A stretch of DNA of 64,000 bases from NCBI GenBank assembly GCA_030599585.1, contig JAUVNS010000004.1, forward strand, positions 64,001 through 128,000. The letters run 5' to 3'. Made by a program: the position numbers and the translations under genes. Positions 9,134 to 19,310 of the stretch are shown here, piece by piece. Origin of the DNA: Promethearchaeota archaeon. Its GTDB lineage: Archaea; Asgardarchaeota; Lokiarchaeia; Sigyniarchaeales; SOKP01. Numbering within the stretch: the first letter of the stretch is position 1; each line of letters starts with the position of its first letter. The notes below the pieces were generated by a model. That model was not told the origin of the DNA. It saw only the letters and a program-made list of their open reading frames with translations, and did not search any database.

Positions 9134-9873
9134 TAGATTCGATCGTAAAAGAAATTTCAAGTTTACTCTTAGAAAACACTCCTCAGCAATCTGAAGATCA
9201 AAAGGATAGAATGTATAGAATCCTAAACCCAGACATTTCTGATTACATTATTTATGGCGTTCGAATGCCCGAAATAGAAAGGATTGTTAAGTCCGTTCAC
9301 GCAAAATTTAACTCAAGTTATGATGATGCTGTTGGAGTGTTTAGAAAACTAACAAGAATTAATGTTGAGGAACTTAAATTTGCCGGATTTTTCTTCCTAA
9401 ATCGGTTCAAGAAACATTTTAGTGAAGGAACTGTTGATTTGATTAGAAAAGAGTACGCAGAGCATTGTCACACTTGGAGTCACTGCGATTCAACTTGCGT
9501 AAGACTTTTAGGTCCGTTTTTAGGAAAAAAAGGAAACGAAGCTTTAGCAAAAAAAACAATAGATGATTGGTCTAATTCGAATAAACTTTGGATAAAACGA
9601 GCCTCTATGGTCATTTTACTTAAAATTACAATGATGAGAAAAGATTTTGACGAGGATTACGTCTTTGAACTAGTGGAAAAAATGTTGGCGTATTCTGATG
9701 CAAATTATATCGAAAAAGGAATAGGATGGCTCTTAAAAACATGCTCAAAATATAAGCCCGAAGTAATTTTTAATTATTTATCGAAGAATAAAAAAAATCT
9801 GTCTAGGTTAATCCTCAGATACGCCAGCGAAAAATTACCTAAAGAAAAGAGAGCAAAACTTCTTAGTAAATGA
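9130..9873 (+). CDS. AlkD-like DNA alkylation repair protein
   Basis: YGVRMP, TWSHCD, W..S..LWIKRAS, YIEKGIGWLLK; overlaps the radical SAM stop by ATGA. Confidence 0.85.
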   Translation: MIDSIVKEISSLLLENTPQQSEDQKDRMYRILNPDISDYIIYGVRMPEIERIVKSVHAKFNSSYDDAVGVFRKLTRINVEELKFAGFFFLNRFKKHFSEGTVDLIRKEYAEHCHTWSHCDSTCVRLLGPFLGKKGNEALAKKTIDDWSNSNKLWIKRASMVILLKITMMRKDFDEDYVFELVEKMLAYSDANYIEKGIGWLLKTCSKYKPEVIFNYLSKNKKNLSRLILRYASEKLPKEKRAKLLSK

Positions 9874-9893
9874 AGATAATCCAATTCGAAACT

Positions 9894-10655
9894 TTAATCT
9901 CTTACAAGACCTTTTTTAATTTCATTAATCAGGAACTCAACCATTTTTTCGATATAGATTTTCCCGTGTTCTTTGCTTGCTTTAGTCGGATCTCCAAGAA
10001 CGCCAATATCAGTTAAGGAGGGCATTCCTTTCTCAAAAAGCATTTCGATTTCTTCCTTTCCTAAAATTCCAAGATATCCTGGTTGGAATCTTTCTTTTTT
10101 CACAAGATTTTCGGCGAGGAACAAAACTTCAGATGTCTCTACTTCACCAGCATGACCTCCCGCTTCTTCTACTGTTATATTTAAACCTGCTGCGATTTTA
10201 TCCTGTACATCCATAAATCTCATCAAATCTGTAAATGCTAAAATCTTTATATCAGGATATTTTACTTGCGCCTGCTCAACAGTTTCTTTTATGGGATTAA
10301 AATTTCCTCCATGCGTAGGGATAAAAATGATGTTTTGAAAGCCGTGTTTTTGAAGACTCTCTATATAATCGTTAATAATCGCCTTTAAAGTAGATTTTTT
10401 TAACGATATTGTCCCCGAGAACGGCAAATGATGTTCTGAGCACCCCACACTAATAGTTCGTGCTTGTAAGGCATTCTTTAGGTTTTGAGCGATTAAATTT
10501 ACCATGACATCTGCGATTAAAGCGTCCGTCTGAGTTGGCAAGTGAGGTCCATGCTGTTCCGTAGAGCCTACTCCAATTATGACCGTTTTGAAACCATCTT
10601 GAATTGCTTTCTTAATATCAACCCAATTCATTTCTTCCATTCGAAGTGTTTTCAT
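9894..10655 (-). CDS. Creatininase/MftE-family amidohydrolase
   Basis: GSTEQHGPHLP..D, SEHH..GTISL, HGGN, HAGEVETS, GVLGDP. Confidence 0.9.
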   Translation of the reverse strand: MKTLRMEEMNWVDIKKAIQDGFKTVIIGVGSTEQHGPHLPTQTDALIADVMVNLIAQNLKNALQARTISVGCSEHHLPFSGTISLKKSTLKAIINDYIESLQKHGFQNIIFIPTHGGNFNPIKETVEQAQVKYPDIKILAFTDLMRFMDVQDKIAAGLNITVEEAGGHAGEVETSEVLFLAENLVKKERFQPGYLGILGKEEIEMLFEKGMPSLTDIGVLGDPTKASKEHGKIYIEKMVEFLINEIKKGLVRD

Positions 10656-10735
10656 TCTTCTTCCTTCATTTAGATACTTCTATTTTTTGAATTGCTTATG
10701 TGAGTTCTCGAATATATATAGAATTTACTTCAGTG

Positions 10736-10765
10736 CTTGATCGAAAACTAAAAAGATTTTCATGA
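10736..10765. repeat. 30-bp duplicated element, copy 1 (probable minus-strand BRE/TATA promoter)
   Basis: CTTGATCGAAAACTAAAAAGATTTTCATGA; 2 mismatches to 11387-11416. Confidence 0.6.
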
Positions 10766-10880
10766 GTTATGATTTAATTCATTTTTTCATATTATCGAGT
10801 TTTATTTATTTTTAAATAGAAAGGTAAATTCAGAGTCCCTTTCATATGAAAATTCCATTAAAAATTAAAAAATAAAATTA

Positions 10881-11255
10881 TTAGGCTTCAATTTTTTCTT
10901 CCAGTCCTTGGGAAAAAGAATACACACCTATATCAATACTTTTTACTGCTTCTAGAAGCTCTGGTGAGGGGTCACCGTAGATATTAACGTGATCTATTGG
11001 AAAATCAATATATGCTTTTTCTAGAGTTTCTCTTAAGTTTGCCATATGCTCGAGCACAGCTTCTGAGTTCTTATATTCCTGACGAACTTCACACTCTGTT
11101 TTGTCACTACTAATATAAACGTCATACTTAATTGTTCCCGTATCTCTTTCCTTGCTCAGTCGTATAGTCTCGACTGCGAGTTCCTTGAATTCTTCTAGTT
11201 TTCCCTTCGGTATTTTCATAATCGCACTAATTTCTATATTGTTATTATTTTTCAT
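10881..11255 (-). CDS. ABM-family (putative quinol monooxygenase) protein
   Basis: KIPKGKLEEFKELA..DTGTIKYD..EY.NSEAVLEH..IYGDPSPEL pattern. Confidence 0.8.
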   Translation of the reverse strand: MKNNNNIEISAIMKIPKGKLEEFKELAVETIRLSKERDTGTIKYDVYISSDKTECEVRQEYKNSEAVLEHMANLRETLEKAYIDFPIDHVNIYGDPSPELLEAVKSIDIGVYSFSQGLEEKIEA

Positions 11256-11386
11256 GATAAAACCTTCCTTTTTATCATCTCAAAAAAAATAGACAATATA
11301 TAGATACAGATAATAATTCGAACTAAATTTGCAGAATTTTATTGCAAAATGAAAGAGTCTGATGAGATATGTTAATAACTTATAGA

Positions 11387-11416
11387 CTTGATCTAAAACT
11401 AAAAAGATTTTTATGA
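11387..11416. repeat. 30-bp duplicated element, copy 2
   Basis: CTTGATCTAAAACTAAAAAGATTTTTATGA upstream of the ABM gene. Confidence 0.6.
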
Positions 11417-11493
11417 CATTCTATACTTTGATTTCTATCTTAATTAGGATAAAAAGAGTATTATTAATTCCAAGTTAAGAGCAGCATTACTTT

Positions 11494-11597
11494 GCCAAGG
11501 TGGCGTAGCCCGGAACGAGTTGAAACGTCTCAACAGTGGGTAAGAACGCACTAGACTGAAGATCTAGGTATCGAGGGTTCAAATCCCTCTCTTGGCA
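11494..11597 (+). tRNA. tRNA-Phe(GAA) with 30-nt D-loop intron (11514-11543)
   Basis: Acceptor GCCAAGG/TCTTGGC; D stem GCGT/ACGC; anticodon arm CTAGA-CTGAAGA-TCTAG; T arm GAGGG-TTCAAAT-CCCTC. The insertion forms a BHB (helix GCCC/GGGT, bulges GGA and AAG). Confidence 0.9.
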
Positions 11598-11717
11598 TTT
11601 TTTTTCACTTGATAAACTCCTCCCTAAATTTGAATTTTTGCCTTCTCTTATCTTGATTAATAAATTCTTTAAATTCATAATTATTATCATCAATAAATTC
11701 ATATAGGAGATAATTTA

Positions 11718-12854
11718 ATGAAGTGTCTTGTTTTAGGAGCAGGTCTTGTTGGGAGCACTATCGCCCTTGATTTAGCAAAGGATCGAGATATGGACGTAAC
11801 AGTTGCTGATGTCAACCAGTCTTCCTTAGATAAATTGAAACAACAGCAAATTAACGTGATACACGCTGATTTATCTAACTCACAAACTTTGAAGAGCATG
11901 GTAATGGACTTTGATATTATTGTTGGGGCATTACCGGGTTTCATGGGTTTTAAAACGCTTAAATCTATTATAGAAACCGGTAAAAATGTTGTAGATATCG
12001 CATTTTTTCCTGAAGATGCTTTTAAACTTGATAAACTCGCTAAAGAAAATAATGTAACCGCAATAGTGGACTGTGGGGTTGCTCCTGGATTAAGTAGTAT
12101 CATACTAGGCCATCTCTATAATTCCTTAGAGAAAATCGATTCTTACATTTGCTATGTTGGAGGTCTTCCAGTAATAAGAGAGTGGCCTCTTGAATACAAG
12201 ACTCTTTTTTCACCCATTGACATGATCGAAGATTATACAACGCCAGCAAGATTTGTTGTAAAAGGTAATCTTGTTATCCGACCAGCATTATCTGATCCTG
12301 AAATAATAGATTTCCCTGGAATTGGTTCTCTTGAAGCGTTCAATATGGATGGATTAAGAACCTTGACAAAGACATTCCCTGACATTCCTAACAAGATAGA
12401 GAAAACATTACGTTACCCTGACCATATAGAAAAGATGAAACTACTAATGGATCTAGGTTTTTTTTCCCACGAAACCATTGAAGTCAAGGGGGTAAAAATC
12501 AAGCCCATAGATCTCACCACGAAATTGATACTTCCAAAGTGGAAATTCAAGGAAGGTGAAGAAGATCTCACTGTAATGCAAATAATCATTAAAGGAGAGA
12601 AACTAGGTAGGAAAGTTACTTACTGTTATGATATGCTTGACCGTTATGATAAAAACTCAAAAACACTATCCATGGCCCGTACTACAGGTTATACATGTTC
12701 CATAGTTACCCGTCTCGTCGCTAAGGGTGTTTATAATAGGAAAGGGATATCTCCACCGGAGTATATAGGACAAAATAGCACATGTTACAATACACTCCTG
12801 AAAGAACTGGAGAAGAGAGATGTTACTATCACAGAAACCATAGAAGAGCAGTAA
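11718..12854 (+). CDS. Saccharopine dehydrogenase-family oxidoreductase (lysine 6-dehydrogenase-like)
   Basis: VLGAGLVG, DCGVAPGLS, YVGGLP, EKTLRYP, MARTTGY. Confidence 0.9.
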   Translation: MKCLVLGAGLVGSTIALDLAKDRDMDVTVADVNQSSLDKLKQQQINVIHADLSNSQTLKSMVMDFDIIVGALPGFMGFKTLKSIIETGKNVVDIAFFPEDAFKLDKLAKENNVTAIVDCGVAPGLSSIILGHLYNSLEKIDSYICYVGGLPVIREWPLEYKTLFSPIDMIEDYTTPARFVVKGNLVIRPALSDPEIIDFPGIGSLEAFNMDGLRTLTKTFPDIPNKIEKTLRYPDHIEKMKLLMDLGFFSHETIEVKGVKIKPIDLTTKLILPKWKFKEGEEDLTVMQIIIKGEKLGRKVTYCYDMLDRYDKNSKTLSMARTTGYTCSIVTRLVAKGVYNRKGISPPEYIGQNSTCYNTLLKELEKRDVTITETIEEQ

Positions 12855-12890
12855 AACAACGAAATATTCTGTCTTTTTTTATATACTTTT

Positions 12891-13448
12891 TTAAGACCTT
12901 AATTTAAGTTTTAGTCTTCTCTTATCCTTACTGATAAATTCTTTAAATTCAGAATTATTATCGTCAATGAATTCCCAAAACTCGTTATAAACATCTTTTA
13001 GACTTCTTTTGCTCTCGAGTTTCTTACTTTCTTGTAATTTTTGCTCCAATTCATTCTTCTTCTTCTTATTCACTGTAGGTCGAAATTTAACGTAATTCCC
13101 TTCTAAAATTAAGTGATCAAAGAGTTCGTCCTCACTTCCACTTAAAAGTTGTATATCAGCTTGTTGTTTTTGGTCTTTCTTATTTTCAAATTCAAAATCG
13201 ACTTTTTGATATCCGCGAATAGCAAAGTTTTTATCAAGAAAAGCTTGAAAGTGATGGTCGCATACTAATCCTTTTGGCAAAGAGATAGTAGTTAAGTGTC
13301 GAGATTTGCTAATCACTGATTTAGGAAATTTCATAACTTTCCTTGCTTTGCATATAGGACATTCAATTTTGACGTCAGAATATTCGTTGAGCTCGCCAAT
13401 TTGAGTAGTAAGGTTTTGTTCTAAAATAGCCATAGTTACAACACCCAC
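12891..13448 (-). CDS. Hypothetical protein with zinc-ribbon-like N-terminal domain
   Basis: CPIC..CDHHFQAFLDKNFAIRGYQ; likely start at the MAILEQ ATG. Confidence 0.7.
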   Translation of the reverse strand: MGVVTMAILEQNLTTQIGELNEYSDVKIECPICKARKVMKFPKSVISKSRHLTTISLPKGLVCDHHFQAFLDKNFAIRGYQKVDFEFENKKDQKQQADIQLLSGSEDELFDHLILEGNYVKFRPTVNKKKKNELEQKLQESKKLESKRSLKDVYNEFWEFIDDNNSEFKEFISKDKRRLKLKLRS

Positions 13449-13549
13449 ATAATTGTTAAAAACTAAGCATAAAAACTCCTATAATAATTTATTAATATAC
13501 GGTAGGCACAGAAACATACACGAGCCGTAAAAAAGAGGGGGTGTTACAA

Positions 13550-14101
13550 TTATTTTGGATCAAATTTCTGATTTAAGTTTTCTGCTCCTAATTCGAAGTT
13601 AAATTCAAGAGTAGGAATAATTTCCGATTTAAACTTGAATGTGTGCTTTCCTTCTGAAAATTTTTCTAAACCGTCTTCATCAATTTTAATTAAAATGCTT
13701 ATAGTATCTCCTAAAGCTATCATTCTTCCAGCAAGCTTTCCGCTCAATAAATCATCAACAGTATATTCCTCAGCCTTGAGATAAAATCTGAAGTGTCCTT
13801 TAAGTTTTTCTACATCGAAATCTTTCTTCGAAACATTTATAGGAAACTCGTCGAGATACATCTTTCCATAATCTGAAAGTTCAAAATTATTGATATCGAA
13901 ATTTTTCGTGCTGAATCCACCGAGTTCAATATGCTTAGGAATGAAGATCGGCATAATCACGTTTAACACTTTAATAAGAAGAGAATCTGCTTTTCCGTCA
14001 TTATTCGTGTCGACGGTATAAATGGATTTCTTTGGTGGAAATATTTTTTTAAAGAGTACTTTGAGAGCTGAAATATCGAAAGACATAATTATTATTACCA
14101 A
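13550..14101 (-). CDS. Hypothetical protein
   Basis: 183-aa ORF with normal composition; contains a DTNNDGKAD loop. Confidence 0.65.
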   Translation of the reverse strand: MVIIIMSFDISALKVLFKKIFPPKKSIYTVDTNNDGKADSLLIKVLNVIMPIFIPKHIELGGFSTKNFDINNFELSDYGKMYLDEFPINVSKKDFDVEKLKGHFRFYLKAEEYTVDDLLSGKLAGRMIALGDTISILIKIDEDGLEKFSEGKHTFKFKSEIIPTLEFNFELGAENLNQKFDPK

Positions 14102-14165
14102 TAAAATGATAATTTTTTATCTTTGTGTTAAATAATTATTATTTAATTAAAAAGTTATGATATGA

Positions 14166-15215
14166 TTAAGGTATTGTAATGATTTTCACGCACTTTCTTT
14201 CTTTCATTAAGTTAAAACCAGTTGAGATTAATTTCTCTAAAGGAATGACTTTAGTAATGAGTTTATCAACTTCTATTGCCTTATTAGCAATGAGTTCAAT
14301 TGCATCTAAGAAATCTTCGGCATAGCCTATATACGACCCTAAGATTTGTCTTTGATATCTCACAATGTCATTTGGTTTTATTTTTGCTTCTGCACGATAA
14401 TCCTGTCCAAAACAAATAAGTCGAGCACCTGGTGCCCAAAATTTAGTTGCCATTTCAAACGTCTTAGAAATCCCAACAGCATCAATTATAACATCTGCTC
14501 CCTCGTTATTAGTTACTTTCATGATTTGTTTCTGCACATTCGTAGTATCTGGATTAATTAATATGTCCGCTCCTAATTCTAGTGCTTTTTGACCGCGCCA
14601 TTCGTCAATTTCTATGCTGATCAATCTTTTGATTGGGTGCTTTCTTATAACCGATTCTATAATTAATCCCATAGGACCGGCTCCAATTATGGCCACATTA
14701 TCGGATTCCTTGACATTTGCGATGTTATGGCAGTGAACTGCACAAGAAAGGGGTTCTATTAAAGAAGCAGCAACTAGGTCTATTTTTTCAGGCAGCTTAA
14801 AGAGTGAACTCCTCGGTAATACGCAGAATTTTGCAAACCCTCCGTTTTGAAAGATACCAAATGTTGTTCCTAGAGCCATATATTCGCATAAGTTTGACAG
14901 TCCTCTCCTGCAATTAATACAGTATCCACACTTTTCATTTGGATCTACGACAACTTTATCACCAATTTCTAAATCTTTGATACTCTCTCCAATTTCTCTG
15001 ATTATTCCTGAAAACTCATGCCCTAAAATCGTATTATCATTAGCAGGGTGTCCTCCCTCCATGATTTTTAAATCGGTACCACATATTCCACAAGCTTTTA
15101 TTTCCACTAAAACTTGATTGCTTTTAGTAATCTTAGGTAGATCCGCTTCTTCTAAATTAATATCTCCACCTAGTTCATTACCTTTGTGAAATACTGCTGC
15201 CAACATTTTTTCCAT
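14166..15215 (-). CDS. Zinc-dependent alcohol/polyol dehydrogenase (MDR family)
   Basis: CGICGTD, GHEFSG, CGYCINCRRGLSNLC, GAGPMG. Confidence 0.92.
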   Translation of the reverse strand: MEKMLAAVFHKGNELGGDINLEEADLPKITKSNQVLVEIKACGICGTDLKIMEGGHPANDNTILGHEFSGIIREIGESIKDLEIGDKVVVDPNEKCGYCINCRRGLSNLCEYMALGTTFGIFQNGGFAKFCVLPRSSLFKLPEKIDLVAASLIEPLSCAVHCHNIANVKESDNVAIIGAGPMGLIIESVIRKHPIKRLISIEIDEWRGQKALELGADILINPDTTNVQKQIMKVTNNEGADVIIDAVGISKTFEMATKFWAPGARLICFGQDYRAEAKIKPNDIVRYQRQILGSYIGYAEDFLDAIELIANKAIEVDKLITKVIPLEKLISTGFNLMKERKCVKIITIP

Positions 15216-15381
15216 AGTAAGACCCTCAATTATTCAATAGATTATTTATTACAATTAATTATAATCAACTATAATCTCATCGCTAAATAATTTTCTTACT
15301 TTAATTCATAGATTGCTTACTTTATTTTATAGATTGTAAAAATGAGATAAAAAAAAAAAAATGTTTATTTTTATGAGTTAA

Positions 15382-15876
15382 TTACAATTTTGCTCCACAA
15401 TAAGCACAATACACTGCGGTTCCATCACGTTTTACAGAGGTTCCACAGTTAGAACAATAATTTCCTTTCTCTTGAGATGGCGCTTGGTTGGAAGTCGTAA
15501 CTTCTATGTGCTTCGCCTCGCCAGTTTTAGTAGAAAATTTACCTCTCAATTCTCCCCTTGCCTTGAGATCTAATACTATTGCTCGAGCATCTTTAGTTGT
15601 TATCCCTGTGTTAGTAGCGATTTGTTCAATCGAAGCTGTAGGATTTTCTTCAAATTCGAGCTTAACAACATTTCTTAACTTGCCTCTGCTTGTTAGCTTA
15701 TAAATTTGGCTCGATATTATTGATAATCCTATTGCAATCAAAATAAATCCAAACCACCACCAAATGTGAAACATATTCTCAAGGAGATTATTAAATCCCC
15801 AATATAGAAACATACCGGCTATGATGAGAGAACAGATGCTAAAGCCGTCCGAATATTGGTTTGATTCATATTTCAT
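15382..15876 (-). CDS. Membrane protein with wHTH-like segment and C-terminal zinc ribbon
   Basis: Two N-terminal hydrophobic helices; SIEQIATNTGI; YCSNCG..YCAYCG. Confidence 0.75.
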   Translation of the reverse strand: MKYESNQYSDGFSICSLIIAGMFLYWGFNNLLENMFHIWWWFGFILIAIGLSIISSQIYKLTSRGKLRNVVKLEFEENPTASIEQIATNTGITTKDARAIVLDLKARGELRGKFSTKTGEAKHIEVTTSNQAPSQEKGNYCSNCGTSVKRDGTAVYCAYCGAKL

Positions 15877-16066
15877 GATTTATCAAATTTACATTTATAA
15901 TATTTTATAATTTTATACAAATAATTCTTACAATAACAAAATGGATGCAATATATATGAGTCAAAGAGACCAATATTTAATTTATCCTTCTAAAATAAAA
16001 ATAAACGTTAATTTTAGAAGGGGTTTATTGGATAAGGTTTAAAATGAAAGCGCAAAAATTTGCGTC

Positions 16067-16423
16067 TTAAGGGGGATTTACTGACTGATTTATTATTTTA
16101 AATACATCTCTTACTTCGACTTGGTCCTCTGTTAAAAGGATAACCAAATGTTCAAGTATTTTTATTGAAAGGATATAATAGTTATCAGAATGAGTTATAT
16201 TAAAATCTGGACTGTGGAGTCCTATACTTTCGGCAGTTTCTTCTGCTAATTCATAAAGCTGAGATATGTTAAGCGAGATAGAGGCTTTATTAAACTCGTC
16301 CTCATTTATATATGATTTCATAATGACTCCATTCAAAGAAGAAATCAAGATGAAGTAAACTGACGGTCCTAAATCACTTACCAAATTGTTTAGAATCGTG
16401 TCCAAATCTATTGTCAGCGTCAT
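16067..16423 (-). CDS. Roadblock/LC7-like protein
   Basis: 118 aa; helix, ILISSLNGVIM, long helix, three strands and a terminal helix, matching roadblock topology. Confidence 0.65.
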   Translation of the reverse strand: MTLTIDLDTILNNLVSDLGPSVYFILISSLNGVIMKSYINEDEFNKASISLNISQLYELAEETAESIGLHSPDFNITHSDNYYILSIKILEHLVILLTEDQVEVRDVFKIINQSVNPP

Positions 16424-16524
16424 CTAATTATTTTATAAATTTGAATTATAAATATGTTTGGGTAAGATTAATTAAGAGTGCTAGTATCTCGTATTGTTTT
16501 TTTTTATATCTTAAGATGAGCTGA

Positions 16525-17322
16525 CTATAAGAAGTATTTATCAACTACCAACTTGAAGCAATGAAACTGGTTTAGATCTCCGTTAAAATTTTTTACACTT
16601 TCCTTGAATTGATCTAAAAACTCCTCTGCAATCAGATCCGTATATCGCTCAAAATTATCAGTTTTCAGCGAACTATCAACAAGATAAGCAAAAATTATGT
16701 CCTCTTTAACAGATATGATAAATTGCTGGGCTCCAAAATTGATCGCCTGAAGTGTATCTCCAGAATTTTTTGCGATAATTTCGTTTGAAAACATTAAAAT
16801 AGCTGAAAGAAAACCCCCAATTTGAATGTGATTTTCTGATATTGATGTTTTATCGTCTCTAATTTTGGTAAATAATGTGTGTCCCGATGTGCTAACTACA
16901 AAAAGAGCAGACAACCCTTCAAAATTTGGAATTATTTTATTGCACATATTATTAATCCAAGATAAAGGGGCATTAGAACAATACATTTGGGCTAAAATTT
17001 TTGAAGTTGAACACATGGAATCGTAATCTGTGAGAGTATCCTTTTCAATGAGATAGAAAATTGCAATACTTTCCGTGTCAAGAGAATAGAAATGAATGGA
17101 AACAGTGAAAATTCCAAGAAGATCAATTATTTTTCCCTCTTTCTTTTCTAAAATATCGGAGCGATAAAGCTTTAATAGATCATTCATAAGAGAACGGCTA
17201 ATTCCTTTATTGTATATTAAATTAGAATTTCTTTCAGTTATCGATACTATTCCAACACCCAATATATCCATTGCGGTTGGACTGTCCAATAATTCCTGAT
17301 GACCTTTCTCTAATACAATCAT
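16525..17322 (-). CDS. Longin-domain protein (C-terminal longin, degenerate N-terminal domain)
   Basis: LFVVSTSGHTLF..IGGFLSAILMFSNEI..F...F..NFNGDLNQF, the Asgard longin pattern. Confidence 0.75.
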   Translation of the reverse strand: MIVLEKGHQELLDSPTAMDILGVGIVSITERNSNLIYNKGISRSLMNDLLKLYRSDILEKKEGKIIDLLGIFTVSIHFYSLDTESIAIFYLIEKDTLTDYDSMCSTSKILAQMYCSNAPLSWINNMCNKIIPNFEGLSALFVVSTSGHTLFTKIRDDKTSISENHIQIGGFLSAILMFSNEIIAKNSGDTLQAINFGAQQFIISVKEDIIFAYLVDSSLKTDNFERYTDLIAEEFLDQFKESVKNFNGDLNQFHCFKLVVDKYFL

Positions 17323-17765
17323 TTTTTTATTTTTTTGTGGTCAAAATTTTTTTTATTTGAACTAAAAAATAAAGTTAACCATAATATTTGAGGTAAAAAT
17401 CCTATTTAAATGTTTGTGTTTTGTTATAAAAAAATTCAAACAAAAAAGATAGATAATTTCCAAATAATAAGTTTATACCCTACTAAGAATTGATTCTTCT
17501 TATTTTAATCTTTTATTTCAAGAAATATTTTTTTGCATAACAAATAAAAATTTTTACACCCAAACAAATATTAATTTTGTTATCAAATTTTTAAGTTGGT
17601 TTTTTAAAGATATTTATTTAAATTATGACTTTGGGTCAATGGAAATTTCCCCCTAACATTCAAGTCCATCTATTGGTATACATCGAAATATTATATAAAA
17701 ATATTAACTAATAATAATAATAGTAATAATAAACCGTAAATGTTTTCAGAATACTCAAACTCGGC

Positions 17766-18215
17766 ATGATTGACTCAAATACAATTTTAATGATACTGAA
17801 TTCCCTGGAATCGCCAAGGACTTCCTTTAAGGCTACGCTAGATAAATTTATTAAGGAAGCAATCAAAATCGCCAATGTATCCGAGGATTTTAAAGACGAA
17901 TTAGAATTATATGATGACATTATTTACCATCTCTACATTTATGATATAGATTATAACATCTGGATTAAGAAAAAAGGAACCTCCTTATCGTTTAATAACT
18001 CATTCTATGAAGAAAACTCAGAAAATATCGATATTCTTCATTGCATTCTTACAAGAAGTATTATGAGGAAAATTTTAATCCGAAAAATGCAGGCATCTGA
18101 TGCGTATATGAGAGGGCTGATTGAGATCAACGGTAATCTATCTGACGCCGTCCACGCAAGAAATTTATGGAAAACCTTTCTCGCTTGTATGGATTACTTG
18201 GCCGAAAAAAAGTAG
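17766..18215 (+). CDS. SCP2 sterol/lipid-binding domain protein
   Basis: C-terminal ASDAYMRGLIEINGNLSDA SCP2 motif. Confidence 0.75.
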   Translation: MIDSNTILMILNSLESPRTSFKATLDKFIKEAIKIANVSEDFKDELELYDDIIYHLYIYDIDYNIWIKKKGTSLSFNNSFYEENSENIDILHCILTRSIMRKILIRKMQASDAYMRGLIEINGNLSDAVHARNLWKTFLACMDYLAEKK

Positions 18216-18304
18216 TAAAAATTCTATCTTCCCCTTTAGAGTTTTAGTAAAATTATTTAGAAACATATAATTAATTATCTTAGACACGATTTTATCATTT
18301 TTAA

Positions 18305-18379
18305 GGGCCTATAATCTAGCCTGGATAGGGTACCCGCCTTCGGAGCGGGATTTCGCAGGTTCGAATCCTGCTAGGCTCA
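18305..18379 (+). tRNA. tRNA-Arg(TCG)
   Basis: Acceptor GGGCCTA/TAGGCTC; anticodon arm CCCGC-CTTCGGA-GCGGG; T arm GCAGG-TTCGAAT-CCTGC. Confidence 0.93.
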
Positions 18380-18469
18380 CTTTTAAATAGTGTCATTATC
18401 TTATCATTAATCTGTACAAATTTGGATAAGCTCTTAAATTGAAAGAACAATATCATTACGGTTTAAAAA

Positions 18470-19279
18470 ATGGAATGGAAATCTGATTATATTACTTACG
18501 CTGAAAACAAAATTCATTACTTTCATGGTAATGAAAATGGAAATAAAAACCCAATAATTCTCTTACATGGAGCAATGGATAATGGCTTATGCTGGTCTCC
18601 TGTGGCTCAGAAATTATCTGAAAACTATCACGTCATCATGCCCGATGCAAGAGGTCATGGTTTAACGGAAATTATCGATAATTCCTTATCGATTGATTTG
18701 ATGGCGAAGGATACTGCAATGGTAATTCAGAACCTTAAATTAGACTCCCCCCAGATAATGGGGCATTCGATGGGAGCTCAAATGACGATATTAGTCGCCT
18801 CGAAATACCCCGAATTGGTGAGTAGAATTGTATTAGAAGATCCTGCTATTAGGCTCAAAAATATTCCAAAAATAAGAAAGAGATTATTTAAATTTATAGC
18901 AAAAATAGTTGTCTCTATTTTACTTAAAGGTTCATACGAAAAATTAATAGAGAAAGGTCGCAAACGGAATCCCAAGTGGTCTGACGAGGAATTACAGCCA
19001 TGGGCGGAGTCTAAAATACTCTTTAGAGAAAATAATCCAAAAATGCTTCTGGGAATTCTTGATAATTCTCCTGATTGGAAAGACGTCATTTCAAAAATCT
19101 CGTGTCCTATTCTTTTGATTACTTCAGATAAAGGGATGACTTCAGATGAAACGGCAGGAGGTATAGTAGAATTAAGTAAAGATTGTAAATGGATCAAAAT
19201 TGAGGGCGCAGGTCATAATATCCGTCGCGAGCAGTATGAGCGATTCATGCAAGAAATTCAAGACTTTTTCGTTGCATAA
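18470..19279 (+). CDS. Alpha/beta hydrolase
   Basis: LLHG, PDARGHG, GHSMGA, GAGH. Confidence 0.9.
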   Translation: MEWKSDYITYAENKIHYFHGNENGNKNPIILLHGAMDNGLCWSPVAQKLSENYHVIMPDARGHGLTEIIDNSLSIDLMAKDTAMVIQNLKLDSPQIMGHSMGAQMTILVASKYPELVSRIVLEDPAIRLKNIPKIRKRLFKFIAKIVVSILLKGSYEKLIEKGRKRNPKWSDEELQPWAESKILFRENNPKMLLGILDNSPDWKDVISKISCPILLITSDKGMTSDETAGGIVELSKDCKWIKIEGAGHNIRREQYERFMQEIQDFFVA

Positions 19280-19310
19280 CTAGTTTTTGAATAAGTCGTC
19301 AAAAAACTGT

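Noticed and set aside
11487-11702. 71-aa minus-strand ORF in the track
   Set aside because: Antisense shadow of tRNA-Phe; CQERDLNPR is a typical tRNA antisense translation.
17708-17732. (TAA)n microsatellite-like run
   Set aside because: Short, imperfect, and expected in AT-rich intergenic DNA.
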